Origin: a bacterium
Lineage (GTDB): Bacteria; Patescibacteriota; Minisyncoccia; JAHIHE01; JAGLIN01
Direction: 5' to 3'
Assembly (NCBI GenBank): GCA_030638825.1
Contig: DAOWDU010000011.1
Span: 5,675 to 69,674, forward strand
DNA length: 64,000 bases
Shown here: positions 52,551 through 62,452 of the stretch, piece by piece
Layout: every line of letters starts with the position of its first letter
Numbering within the stretch: the stretch's first letter is position 1
Made by a program: the position numbers and the translations under genes
Notes under the pieces: generated by a model
The model's input: only the letters and a program-made list of their open reading frames with translations
What the model was told of the DNA's origin: nothing
Database searches by the model: none

Positions 52551-53300
52551 ATGAGTTTTGCAATTGTTGCAATAATGATCTTTCTTGTACTTCTTTTTCT
52601 ATTTTTTGTAGTTCTAATAATAATAGGACTTACGACAAATAGAAGTGGCGAAAGATCGGAAACGGGAAGACCTTCAGTTTTCTCTTCCCTAACCTCCAAA
52701 CTCCCATCCGCCGGAACCATTCTCGTGATTCTAGTTGTCGCTGTGATATCATTAGCGACAATAATTTGGGCATTGCAATTTCTGTTTGGTTTTTTTACAT
52801 TTGCTGAGAGCCAAACTCCAGAATGCTTCAACAACGAAACCAACAAAGATTACGGGTATAGCCGTATCAATGATGGAAAATTTGTGATTGAAGACGGAAA
52901 ATTGTCAGTGTTCAAATCAATCAGGATAACAAGCACAAACATAATCTGGGAATATCCAGAGTTTGGTTTCTCTATTGGGGGAATTGAAGGAAGGAAAGGA
53001 GAGAGAGTAACGGTAGATGTTCTGTTAGAAAGCAGAACAGGGAGCTGTTCGTTCAACTTTACCGTAGGTCCTTCTGCTGGTGTAAAAAAAGTAAAGTTCA
53101 GCATCAGCGAAAACGATCAGGTTTTGGTGAGAGTTGACAACTCTCCAATACCTATTGGAGAGAAACGATTTAATTCCAGTGGGAGTTATGACCTCACTGT
53201 AGATATAACTTCCAATAAACTGGATGAAACTGCAGAAACTCGCAAGAGCTGCAGTTTGTTCATCCCATCTTTCTATTTAACCGAAGCAACTTTCGGTTAG
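52551..53300 (+). CDS. Hypothetical membrane protein (downstream of the SPFH gene)
   Basis: Two TM helices in the N-terminal 90 aa, then a beta-rich soluble domain. Confidence 0.45.
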   Translation: MSFAIVAIMIFLVLLFLFFVVLIIIGLTTNRSGERSETGRPSVFSSLTSKLPSAGTILVILVVAVISLATIIWALQFLFGFFTFAESQTPECFNNETNKDYGYSRINDGKFVIEDGKLSVFKSIRITSTNIIWEYPEFGFSIGGIEGRKGERVTVDVLLESRTGSCSFNFTVGPSAGVKKVKFSISENDQVLVRVDNSPIPIGEKRFNSSGSYDLTVDITSNKLDETAETRKSCSLFIPSFYLTEATFG

Positions 53301-53319
53301 ATAAAATTAACAATAATTT

Positions 53320-53386
53320 ATAGAGAATGTTTTTCTGACGCTAAGTATCAGATTAAAACATTCTCTTATTTTTTTGCCAAACAACG
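53320..53386 (+). terminator. Intrinsic terminator (long stem agagaatgtttt ... aaaacattctct, then a T-run)
   Basis: Hairpin with a nested ctga...tcag inner stem, followed by tatttttttg. Confidence 0.5.
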
Positions 53387-53432
53387 CAAGTTATGTTAGA
53401 ATGTTAGCATGTTAAAATGTTAAAATGAAATT

Positions 53433-54083
53433 ATGAATATTGTTTGGTACGGGCAAAGCTGTTTCAAGATTCAAAGCAAAGATATAATTTTAATCACCGA
53501 TCCCTTTGATAAAAAAATTGGGCTAAGACCGCCTTTTGGATCAGCCGATATTGTGACCATTAGCCATAATCATTATGATCACAATAACTTTCAAGTCATC
53601 AAGAACGATCCCTTTATTGTTGATAGTGTTGGAGAATATGAAATAAAAAAAGTGACAATTAAGGGAATAGACTCTTGCCATGATAATCAGGGAGGGAAAG
53701 AGAAGGGACAAAATACGATTTATAAAATAGAAATGGAAGGAATAAAAATCTGCCATTTGGGAGATTTTGGGCAAAGTACCCTTGTCAATGGACAGCTGGA
53801 AAAAATAGGCCAGATTGATATTTTGTTTATTCCCATCGGCGGAGTTTTCACGATTGATTGGAAATCAGCAAGCGCCATCATCAGCCAAATTGAACCGAGA
53901 ATAATAATTCCGATGCACTATAAAATTCCAGGAGTGAAAGGAGATTTATTGAAGTTAGATACCGTTGATCAATTCTGCAAAGAACGCGGTGTGTCATCCA
54001 AAGACGCTGTTAATAAGTTTAGTATTAAAAAGAAAGATTTGCCTCAAGAAGGATCGGAAACGGTGATTATGAAAGTCGCATAA
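53433..54083 (+). CDS. Metal-dependent hydrolase of the MBL fold (UPF0173 family)
   Basis: ISHNHYDHNN (HxHxDH) and downstream His/Asp ligands. 216 aa. Confidence 0.8.
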   Translation: MNIVWYGQSCFKIQSKDIILITDPFDKKIGLRPPFGSADIVTISHNHYDHNNFQVIKNDPFIVDSVGEYEIKKVTIKGIDSCHDNQGGKEKGQNTIYKIEMEGIKICHLGDFGQSTLVNGQLEKIGQIDILFIPIGGVFTIDWKSASAIISQIEPRIIIPMHYKIPGVKGDLLKLDTVDQFCKERGVSSKDAVNKFSIKKKDLPQEGSETVIMKVA

Positions 54084-54093
54084 TAATTTTATT

Positions 54094-54372
54094 TTGAAAA
54101 AAATTATTAAAAAAATTCAAAATAAGCCAGAAAAAGAAAAGGTTATGATAATGTGGATCCTGGTTATTTTTTGTATGCTGATTATGATTGGCATTTGGAA
54201 AATAAATCTTGCTTTAAATAAACCAACAGAAATAAATTCTAATAATTATAGCAATTTAAATTTACCGCCTTTTCCAGAATTAGAAGAATTGAATGAAGAA
54301 ATTGGTAGTTTAGAAAAATTAAACGAAGAAGTAATTGAAAAAGATAAAATAGAGAAAAAATTAGAAAATTAA
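54094..54372 (+). CDS. Small membrane protein (hypothetical)
   Basis: ORF of 92 aa with one TM helix and a coiled-coil C-terminus. Confidence 0.35.
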   Translation: MKKIIKKIQNKPEKEKVMIMWILVIFCMLIMIGIWKINLALNKPTEINSNNYSNLNLPPFPELEELNEEIGSLEKLNEEVIEKDKIEKKLEN

Positions 54373-54376
54373 AAAT

Positions 54377-54913
54377 TTGAATAATATGAAAATTAAACAA
54401 GAAAATAACCTGGCTTTCGTAGATGGGCAGAACTTATATTTAGGAACGATAACGGGGAAAAATAAATGGGTTGTTGATTTGGAGAAATTTAGAATCTATT
54501 TAAGCAGAAAATATAAAGTTAAGAAGGCTTATTATTTTTTGGGATATATAAATGGAAGTTATCAGGGTTTGTATGACGAGATACAAGAAGCTGGTTTTAT
54601 TTTAAAATTTAGGGAGCATAATACTATTATGATTGGCGAGAAAAAAGGAAATGTTGATACAGATATTATTTTTTCTATTATGGAAAAAATGTACAGAAGA
54701 GAAAAATTCGATAAAGTTATTTTAGTTTCAGGCGACGGCGATTACAAACAATTAGTTGATTTTTTGATTAAGGAAAATAAGTTTGAAAAAATTCTTTTCC
54801 CAAATAAAAAATTTGCCTCATCGTTATATAGGCAAATTACAAGAGTTTACTATGATTATTTAGAAAATATAAGATACAAAGTGGGCAAAAATCAAAAAGG
54901 GGACCTTAGGTAG
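54377..54913 (+). CDS. NYN-domain protein (second, divergent paralog)
   Basis: NLAFVDGQNLY ... VILVSGDGDYKQLVDFL. Confidence 0.7.
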   Translation: MNNMKIKQENNLAFVDGQNLYLGTITGKNKWVVDLEKFRIYLSRKYKVKKAYYFLGYINGSYQGLYDEIQEAGFILKFREHNTIMIGEKKGNVDTDIIFSIMEKMYRREKFDKVILVSGDGDYKQLVDFLIKENKFEKILFPNKKFASSLYRQITRVYYDYLENIRYKVGKNQKGDLR

Positions 54914-55099
54914 TTAGCCGTTCGGGATCCCTTTTCGTATTAATACCTACATAATAGCAGATTTGAAAACCCTGTCAAGAGCAAATTCTTAGAGCAAATT
55001 CTTAATAAAGTTATTAAAAATAGAAAAATCGGAAAATTAGAAATAATCAATTTTACAGGTTAAAATCTAAGTTCCAGTAAATAATAAAATATTTTAAAT

Positions 55100-57571
55100 A
55101 TGAAAAAAGAAGAAATTAAAAAAGCTGAACCGCAAAATAATATCGGCAAAATTGAAGACAAGCCGATTACTGATGAGATGCAGGAATGCTATCTTGACTA
55201 CGCGATGAGCGTGATTGTTTCTCGCGCGCTGCCGGATGTTCGTGATGGGTTGAAGCCAGTTCACAGAAGAATTTTATACGCGATGCATGACATTGGGCTG
55301 AAACCGCAAGCGAAATTTAAAAAATCTGCTACTGTTGTCGGAGAAGTTTTGGGAAAATATCATCCGCATGGAGACGCCGCTGTTTATGAATCAATGGTCA
55401 GAATGGCGCAGGATTTTTCAATGCGCTATCCGTTAGTAAACGGACAAGGAAATTTCGGCTCAATGGATGGCGATTCAGCGGCGGCAATGAGATACACCGA
55501 AGTTAAAATGGCATCTATCGCGGAAGAAATGCTTTATGATATAGATAAAGACACTGTTAATTTTGCGGATAATTATGACAAGAGCCGAAAAGAACCGACT
55601 GTGATGCCCGCTAAACTTCCGCAGCTTTTGTTAAATGGGACGATCGGAATTGCGGTCGGAATGGCGACAAATATTCCGCCGCATAATTTAAACGAGATTG
55701 TTGACGCGACTATTTATTTAATAGACAATGACGATGCGACGATAGAAGATTTATTGAAATTTGTAAAAGGTCCGGATTTTCCGACAGGCGGATTAATTTA
55801 TGGACAGAAAGATATTTTGCAAGCGTATTCAACTGGAAAAGGGAGATTGGATATGCGCGCTAAAGCTGAGATTGTGGAAAATAAAAAAGGACGATTTCAG
55901 ATTATAGTTTCCGAAATGATTTATCAAGTTAACAAATCCACTCTCATTGAAAGAATAGCGGAACTAGTAAAAACAAAAAAGATTGAAGGAATCAAAGATT
56001 TGCGCGACGAATCAGACAGAGATGGCGTGAGAATCGCGATTGATCTTAAAAATGACGCCTATCCGAAGAAGATTTTGAACAGACTCTATAAGCTCACCGA
56101 TTTGCAAAAAGCGTTTCATTATAATATGCTCGCTCTTGTTGACGGATTGCAGCCAAGAATTCTGAATTTAAAAATGATCCTTGAATATTATATTATCCAT
56201 CGCGAAGAGGTTGTCCGCAGAAGAACGCAGTTTGAATTAAATAAAGCAAAAGAACGAGCGCATATTTTAGAAGGCTTGACTATTGCTTTAGATCAAATTA
56301 GCGAAGTTATTAAAACAATTAGAAAAGCGCCGACGAAAGAAAAAGCGCACAGCGACTTAATGAAAAAATTTAAATTAAGCGAACGGCAAGCGACAGCTAT
56401 TTTAGAAATGAGATTGCAAACGCTGGCGGGATTAGAAAGGCAGAAAATAAAAGATGAGTTGGAAGAAAAATTAAAACTGATTAAAAAATTAGAAGCGATT
56501 TTAAAAAGCAAAATTAAAATTAAAGAAATTATAAAAAACGAATTAGAAGAAGTTAAAAACAAATTTGGCGACGAAAGAAGAACCAGAATATACAAAGGCG
56601 GGCTTGATGAATTCTCGCAAGAAGATTTAATTCCGAAAGAAGATGTCATTATAACTTTAACCAGAGAAGGCTATATTAAAAGAATGGATTCCCAGACTTA
56701 TCACGTTCAGCATCGTGGCGGCAAAGGAGTTATCGGCGCGGCGATGAAAGAGGAAGATGTGATTGATCATTTTTTCCTGACTAATACGCATAATAACTTA
56801 TTATTCTTTACAAATTATGGCCGAGTATTTCAAACAAAAGCGCACGAAATTCCAGCAAGCGCCAGAACAGCAAAGGGACATTCAATTGTAAACTTCTTAC
56901 AGCTTTCTCCTGAAGAGACAATTACAGCTGTTGTTTCTTTGGAAAAAGAAAAAAATATCAGTTTCCTTGTAATGGCGACAAAAAATGGTATAATAAAGAA
57001 AACGAGTATAGACGAATTTTCCAATGTCAGGAGATCTGGGCTGATCGCAATTAAATTAAAAAAAGGCGATGAATTGAAATGGGTGAAATCAAGCAATGGC
57101 GAAGATACAGTTTTCATAGTTGCTTCCACGGGACAGTCAATCAGATTTAAAGAGAAAGATATTCGTTCAATGGGCAGGACCGCTTCTGGCGTCAAAGCAA
57201 TCAAACTAAAAGCGTCAAGCGAGGTTATCAGTATGAATGTAATTACTGATTCTCAAAAAGACAAGAATTATATTTTCACTGTTTCGGAAAATGGCTTTGG
57301 AAAACTGAGCGATCTGAAATTTTATAAAATTCAAAACAGAGGAGGAAGCGGAATAAAAACAGCCATCACTAATTCAAAAACAGGGACGCTGGTCAATTCA
57401 AAAATAATAAACGAAACGCAGTTTGATAATGATTTAATAATTATTTCTCAAAAAGGACAAGTAATCAGAACGCCGCTCGCAAAGATCGCAAAATCTGGTC
57501 GCGCGACTCAGGGCGTTAGAATAATGAGATTGAAAAGCGATGATAAAATTTCGTCAGTAGCGGTAGTGTGA
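55100..57571 (+). CDS. gyrA: DNA gyrase subunit A
   Basis: Active-site region [14 protein letters not shown], and a C-terminal beta-pinwheel with GyrA box QHRGGKG. Confidence 0.93.
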   Translation: MKKEEIKKAEPQNNIGKIEDKPITDEMQECYLDYAMSVIVSRALPDVRDGLKPVHRRILYAMHDIGLKPQAKFKKSATVVGEVLGKYHPHGDAAVYESMVRMAQDFSMRYPLVNGQGNFGSMDGDSAAAMRYTEVKMASIAEEMLYDIDKDTVNFADNYDKSRKEPTVMPAKLPQLLLNGTIGIAVGMATNIPPHNLNEIVDATIYLIDNDDATIEDLLKFVKGPDFPTGGLIYGQKDILQAYSTGKGRLDMRAKAEIVENKKGRFQIIVSEMIYQVNKSTLIERIAELVKTKKIEGIKDLRDESDRDGVRIAIDLKNDAYPKKILNRLYKLTDLQKAFHYNMLALVDGLQPRILNLKMILEYYIIHREEVVRRRTQFELNKAKERAHILEGLTIALDQISEVIKTIRKAPTKEKAHSDLMKKFKLSERQATAILEMRLQTLAGLERQKIKDELEEKLKLIKKLEAILKSKIKIKEIIKNELEEVKNKFGDERRTRIYKGGLDEFSQEDLIPKEDVIITLTREGYIKRMDSQTYHVQHRGGKGVIGAAMKEEDVIDHFFLTNTHNNLLFFTNYGRVFQTKAHEIPASARTAKGHSIVNFLQLSPEETITAVVSLEKEKNISFLVMATKNGIIKKTSIDEFSNVRRSGLIAIKLKKGDELKWVKSSNGEDTVFIVASTGQSIRFKEKDIRSMGRTASGVKAIKLKASSEVISMNVITDSQKDKNYIFTVSENGFGKLSDLKFYKIQNRGGSGIKTAITNSKTGTLVNSKIINETQFDNDLIIISQKGQVIRTPLAKIAKSGRATQGVRIMRLKSDDKISSVAVV

Positions 57572-57595
57572 ATGTTTATATGTTAAAATGTTTAT

Positions 57596-58156
57596 ATGAC
57601 AATAGATATTAATAAAATTGGCAGTGGGGGGTTTATGAATCCAGATAAAATTGTGGAAGAACTCAATATTAAAAACGGGATGTTCGTTGCTGATTTTGGC
57701 TGTGGCGCTGGATATTTTACAATCCCAATCGCTAAAATAATAAAAAACAGCGGCAAAATTTACGCAATAGATGTTTTAAATGAATCGTTAGAAAATGTTT
57801 TAAGCAAAGCAAAATTATATGATTTGCTTAATATTAAAACTGTTCGGGCTAATATAGAAATAATTGGCGGATCAAAAATAGAAAGCGGTTCCGTTGATTT
57901 GGTAATTCTCGCCAATATACTTTTTCAATGCAATGATCATAGTTCGGTTTTGAACGAAGCTAAGAGAATCTTGAAGAATAATGGCAGTGTTGTTGTTGTA
58001 GATTGGATTCCCAAAAAAGTTCCTTTAGGACCAAAATATGAGCATTGCCTCAGCGAGGAAACTATAAAAAAACTTGCTATAAAGAATGGACTGAAAGTTG
58101 TCAGAAAAATAGACGCTGGAAATCAGCATTATGGGATGGTGTTGAAAAACATATAA
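57596..58156 (+). CDS. Class I SAM-dependent methyltransferase
   Basis: Motif I VADFGCGAGYFTIPIA. Confidence 0.8.
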   Translation: MTIDINKIGSGGFMNPDKIVEELNIKNGMFVADFGCGAGYFTIPIAKIIKNSGKIYAIDVLNESLENVLSKAKLYDLLNIKTVRANIEIIGGSKIESGSVDLVILANILFQCNDHSSVLNEAKRILKNNGSVVVVDWIPKKVPLGPKYEHCLSEETIKKLAIKNGLKVVRKIDAGNQHYGMVLKNI

Positions 58157-58216
58157 ACATATAAACATATAAACATATAAACATATAAACATATAAACAT
58201 ATAAACATATAAACAT
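58151..58216. repeat. Octamer tandem repeat (atataaac) x8.25, overlapping the methyltransferase stop codon
   Basis: Perfect copies from 58151. The unit is the core of the recurrent intergenic ACATATAAACA motif. Confidence 0.9.
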
Positions 58217-58263
58217 GGGGGCTTCAAAGGTTTGTTTAAATGTTTACATGCTTATATGTTTAA

Positions 58264-59646
58264 ATGATCTTTATGACTAAGCAAAAAATATTTTTAATTG
58301 GTTTTATACTTTCCGTCTTATCAATAATCGCCTGGTATATAGTTGGCTGTCCTTTGGCGGAGAAATGTCCGTTTGTGAGATTTGAAAAAGAAGAAGCTCC
58401 AAAGGTAATTCTGACATTTGTCGGTCCTACGGACAATGCCAGCGACTGGAACGCAATTTTTTCTAAGTTTAACGCTTATAAAAAAAGACCGGAAAATGGT
58501 TTTTTGGATGTGATTATAAAATACGAAAGGGTGTGCAATCCAATCTGCGATCAGGATGATTACGAAGATATGGTAAGAGAAAGGCAATATGAAGACGAGG
58601 GACCGAATATCTTTATGGCTTATAGCTCCTGGATTCCAAGACACAAGGATAAGCTTTTGCCTGCGCCAAAAGGAATGATGAATCTGGCGGAATTTGAGAA
58701 CACTTTTGCGCAAGTGACAAAAAATGACTTAACCGATGAAAAGGGAAATATTTACGCGCTTCCGTTTTATGTGGATACTTTGGCCTTGTATTATGATAAC
58801 GATGCTTTTTTAAATGAGAATTTAATAAAGCCTCCTATAAATTGGGATGAATTTGAGGAGTATGTGGAAAAATTAACTATTGTTGATGAAGATGGAAATT
58901 TTATAAGAGCTGGAGCTGCTTTTGGAGGCGGAAGCAATATAAATAGAGGCCAAGATATTTTAATGCTTCTAATAATGCAGAATAATATCAGCAGTAAGAC
59001 AGTAGGAAATTTGGTTTCATTTAATAATAAAGGTAGTCCTGCAGCGATAAATTTTTATACTGACTTTACCAATCCTAAAAAGAGATTTTATACCTGGAAT
59101 GAAAATCAAATGTATTCCATAGACGCTTTTACTCAGAAGAAAGCTGCGATGATGATTAATTATTCTCATCATATTGATAATGTAATTGAGAAAACGAGTA
59201 ATAATTTGAATTTTAAAATTGCTCCAATTCCTCAATTGGATAGAAATAGTAAAGTTAATTATGCTAGTTACTGGGTTCCTGTTGTTCCCAAAAAAGCTCC
59301 TTGCGGAAAAGAAGCAAAAACGAACGCGAATTGCTACAGTTTAGCTTGGGAATTTTTAGATTTTGCGGCTAAAAAACAAAATGCCAAATTATATTTAGAT
59401 TCCACAAAAAAACCTGCTGCTAATTTAGAACTTGCGAAAGAGCAATTTACAGATTTTAATGATCAGCGAAGCGTGTTTGCCGGACAGGTGTTTACGGCTA
59501 AAAGTTGGGAACATCCAGATAGCTCATTGAGCGATAAAATTTTAGTGAAAATGATAGATTCTATAATAACAACTAATCAAGAATTCAAAAAAAGTATTTT
59601 CGAAGCAATGGCTGTGGCTGCTAGATATGTTGATAGTTTGAATTAG
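58264..59646 (+). CDS. Extracellular solute-binding protein (family 1, sugar-type ABC substrate-binding protein). Orphan: no permease genes adjacent.
   Basis: N-terminal TM/lipobox-like anchor (IVGC), LPFYVDTLALYYDNDAF and PPINWDEF family-1 SBP blocks. Confidence 0.55.
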   Translation: MIFMTKQKIFLIGFILSVLSIIAWYIVGCPLAEKCPFVRFEKEEAPKVILTFVGPTDNASDWNAIFSKFNAYKKRPENGFLDVIIKYERVCNPICDQDDYEDMVRERQYEDEGPNIFMAYSSWIPRHKDKLLPAPKGMMNLAEFENTFAQVTKNDLTDEKGNIYALPFYVDTLALYYDNDAFLNENLIKPPINWDEFEEYVEKLTIVDEDGNFIRAGAAFGGGSNINRGQDILMLLIMQNNISSKTVGNLVSFNNKGSPAAINFYTDFTNPKKRFYTWNENQMYSIDAFTQKKAAMMINYSHHIDNVIEKTSNNLNFKIAPIPQLDRNSKVNYASYWVPVVPKKAPCGKEAKTNANCYSLAWEFLDFAAKKQNAKLYLDSTKKPAANLELAKEQFTDFNDQRSVFAGQVFTAKSWEHPDSSLSDKILVKMIDSIITTNQEFKKSIFEAMAVAARYVDSLN

Positions 59647-59667
59647 AGATAAATAATTTAAATTAAA

Positions 59668-59699
59668 AACCGCCATTATGATTATAGCGGTTTTTTGGT
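59668..59699 (+). terminator. Intrinsic terminator after the SBP gene
   Basis: aaaaaccgc cattatgattata gcggttttttgg. Confidence 0.65.
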
Positions 59700-59780
59700 T
59701 TATAATTTGAAAACATAACGAATAAGAAACAAGGACACAAGAAATAAGAAATTTGTTTGGGATTTGTATCTTGATTAATA

Positions 59781-59857
59781 TGGTGGGCCATCCTGGACTC
59801 GAACCAGGGACTTCGACCTTATAAGGATCGCGCTCTAACCAACTGAGCTAATGGCCC
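59781..59857 (-). tRNA. tRNA-Ile with anticodon UAU (reads AUA), CCA encoded
   Basis: The reverse complement gggccattagctcagttggttagagcgcgatccttataaggtcgaagtccctggttcgagtccaggatggcccacca has anticodon stem cgatc/ggtcg, loop ctTATaa, A37 and the GGTTCGAGTCC T-arm. Confidence 0.8.
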
Positions 59858-60011
59858 AAAGTCATATAAACATTTAAGCATATAAGCATTTAAATATGTT
59901 GAGACTTCAGCTTTTTGTTTATATGTTTAGGTGTTTACATGTTTACATGATGTTATTCTAATAAAAAAATGTTAATTCGTCAATTCCAATATTCAAAATA
60001 TTCAATTATTT

Positions 60012-61016
60012 TTACTTTTTACTGTGAAACTTCTTGTGAATATTTTTCAAATGCTTGTCTGTGATGTGCGTGTAAATTTGAGTTGTCGTGATACTGGAAT
60101 GGCCGAGCATTGACTGGACGCTTCTAATGTCAGCGCCGTTCATTAGTAAATCTGTCGCAAAACTGTGCCGCAAAGTATGGGGCGTCACTTTTTTTACGAT
60201 GCCCGCTTTGACGGCATATTTTTCTACTATTCTTTGAATAGTTCTTACTGTCAGTCGTAAAGATTGATTTGCTTTTGCTTTATTTTTCTTACTGTTTTTT
60301 TTGCTTTTATTTTCATTATTGCAATAGCCACCGCCTTTTTTTCTAAAATTTATAAATAACGCAGGGTCAATATCTTTCCTTTTTTTAAGATAATCTATTA
60401 TGGCATCTTTTGCTGAGTCGGAAATAAAAACAAGACGGATTTTTCCTCCCTTTCCCCTTATAGAAAACTCGCCGCTTTTGAGATTTATGTTTTCCCTGTT
60501 TAAATTAGCAAGTTCCGAGACGCGAAGTCCAGTGGAAAATAGCAATTCTAAAATCGCTTTATCGCGCAGGCGATGGAAATATTGAAGGCGACATTCCGGA
60601 ATGTCGCCTTCAATATTTCCATCGCCTGTTTTCACAGATTCTAATAATCTTTTTATCTCATCCGCTTCTAAAAATTCTACTTCTCGCTCTTGCGTTTTTC
60701 CAAGCTCCACTTTTTCACTTGCCAATGTTTCAATATCTTGTTTTGCTAAATATTTCAAAAAACCGCGCAAGGCGATTATATAATAATCCTGTGTTGCTTT
60801 TTTTAAATTTTTTTCTTTACGATCTTTATATCTATTGAGATATAACCTGAATTTCTTTACCAATTCACCTGTAATATCCTCTGGATTTCTGATCATTGCC
60901 CAATCTAAAAACCGATTTAAATAATGATCGTAGTTTCTAATTGTCAGCTGTGATCTATTTTTCTCAATCTCCAAATATTCAAGAAATTCAATTTTTAATT
61001 CTTTTATTTTTTCCAT
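60012..61016 (-). CDS. Tyrosine recombinase (XerC/XerD / phage-integrase family) with a Lys/Asn-rich insertion
   Basis: The C-terminal catalytic block HTLRHSFATDLLMNGADIRSVQSMLGHSSITTTQIYTH (R...HxxR...Y). XerD-like N-terminal core-binding domain. Confidence 0.8.
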   Translation of the reverse strand: MEKIKELKIEFLEYLEIEKNRSQLTIRNYDHYLNRFLDWAMIRNPEDITGELVKKFRLYLNRYKDRKEKNLKKATQDYYIIALRGFLKYLAKQDIETLASEKVELGKTQEREVEFLEADEIKRLLESVKTGDGNIEGDIPECRLQYFHRLRDKAILELLFSTGLRVSELANLNRENINLKSGEFSIRGKGGKIRLVFISDSAKDAIIDYLKKRKDIDPALFINFRKKGGGYCNNENKSKKNSKKNKAKANQSLRLTVRTIQRIVEKYAVKAGIVKKVTPHTLRHSFATDLLMNGADIRSVQSMLGHSSITTTQIYTHITDKHLKNIHKKFHSKK

Positions 61017-61117
61017 AATTTTATTTTACGACATAAAACTGAATTTGTCTATTTTCTTTATGTCTATTTTCTTTATTTGCAAAAATATAAAATTATGTTA
61101 TTCTTTTTAAGTAGTTT

Positions 61118-61190
61118 GCGGATGTAGTTCAGTGGCTAGAACATCTCCTTGCCAAGGAGAAGGTCGCCGGTTCGACTCCGGTCATCCGCT
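61118..61190 (+). tRNA. tRNA-Gly (anticodon GCC)
   Basis: gcggatgtagttcagtggctagaacatctccttGCCaaggagaaggtcgccggttcgactccggtcatccgct. Acceptor stem gcggatg/catccgc. Confidence 0.85.
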
Positions 61191-61234
61191 CAAATTTAGT
61201 ATTTAGTATACAGTATTTAGTATTAAGCCAAAAA

Positions 61235-62434
61235 ATGATAAATAAAATAATTTTAACAATTGCGATATTATTTACAACACTCGCAACTCCCATTTTTGCG
61301 CAAAGTAATATTTCAAGTTCTGATGATAAAGTTGACCTTTATTTTTTTTGGGCGAATGGTTGTCCGCATTGCTCAAATGAAAAGGAATTTTTAAAAGAGC
61401 TGGAACAAGAATATTTAACTTTAGAAATTCATTATTTGGAAGTAACTCGCGATAAAGAAAGTATTGAATTGTTAAAAAAAGTCGGCAAAGAGCTAGATGT
61501 TAATATTTCCGGAGTACCTTTTACGGTAGTCGGCGAACACTATTTTATTGGTTATAATGAGCAAACTGGAGTGGCCATTAAAGAGGCGGTACAATGCGCT
61601 TTGCAAAATGGCTGTTATGACACAATTGGAAGTTTAATTACTTCCGCCACTCCTTTTCCTGAGCCGCAAAAAATAAAAACTATTCCAGAAAAAATAGACT
61701 TGCCATTTATTGGAGAAATGGAAACAAAAAATATTTCTTTGCCAATGTTAACAATAATTATCGGCGCGCTTGACGGGTTCAATCCCTGCGCGATGTGGGT
61801 ATTGGTATTTTTAATCGGCCTGCTTCTCGGAATGAAGGACAGAAAAAGAATGTGGATTTTGGGATCAATTTTCATTGTTACCTCCGCGTTTGTTTATTTT
61901 CTATTTATGTCTGCCTGGCTAAACCTTATTATATTCTTAGGTTTTATTGTTTGGATAAGAATTGTTATAGGACTGGTGGCTTTAGCTGGAGGCGGGTATA
62001 GTTTGAAGGAATATTTTATGAATAAAGAGGCGGTATGCAAAATTACTAATAATGATAAAAGACAAAAAACATTTAGCAAGCTAAAAGATATCACTCAACA
62101 AAAAAAAATGTGGTTGGCTATCGCTGGGATTATACTTTTGGCATTCGCTGTTAATTTGGTGGAATTGATTTGTTCCGCGGGACTGCCAGCGGTATATGTT
62201 CAGATTTTAACTTTGACGGAACTTCCAACTTGGCAATATTACGCGTATTTAGTTCTTTATATTTTCGTTTTTATGCTTGACGATCTATTTATCTTTTTTG
62301 TCGCTATGAAAACATTACAGATAACTGGAGTAACTACCAAATACATTCGCGCGTCGCGTCTAATTGGCGGAATAGTAATGATTGCTGTTGGCGTTCTCCT
62401 AATTTTCAAACCAGAGTTGTTGATGTTTGGATAG
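61235..62434 (+). CDS. Thiol:disulfide oxidoreductase: signal peptide plus thioredoxin-like CxxC domain, fused to a CcdA/DsbD-like transmembrane domain
   Basis: WANGCPHCSNEKEF (CxxC). TM domain with Cys in two helices (DGFNPCAMWVL, LICSAGLPAVY). Confidence 0.55.
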   Translation: MINKIILTIAILFTTLATPIFAQSNISSSDDKVDLYFFWANGCPHCSNEKEFLKELEQEYLTLEIHYLEVTRDKESIELLKKVGKELDVNISGVPFTVVGEHYFIGYNEQTGVAIKEAVQCALQNGCYDTIGSLITSATPFPEPQKIKTIPEKIDLPFIGEMETKNISLPMLTIIIGALDGFNPCAMWVLVFLIGLLLGMKDRKRMWILGSIFIVTSAFVYFLFMSAWLNLIIFLGFIVWIRIVIGLVALAGGGYSLKEYFMNKEAVCKITNNDKRQKTFSKLKDITQQKKMWLAIAGIILLAFAVNLVELICSAGLPAVYVQILTLTELPTWQYYAYLVLYIFVFMLDDLFIFFVAMKTLQITGVTTKYIRASRLIGGIVMIAVGVLLIFKPELLMFG

Positions 62435-62452
62435 ATTCTGTAAATAAACTAA

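Noticed and set aside
51140-52846. Minus-strand ORFs 51140-51580 and 52115-52846
   Set aside because: They are antisense to the SPFH-family gene, with low-complexity S/T/I-rich translations.
59781-61190. Integrated prophage or genomic island at tRNA-Ile/tRNA-Gly with the tyrosine recombinase
   Set aside because: Only the recombinase is present. No phage or plasmid genes and no obvious tRNA 3'-end direct repeat are visible. The enzyme has XerC/XerD-like features and may be the chromosomal dimer-resolution recombinase.
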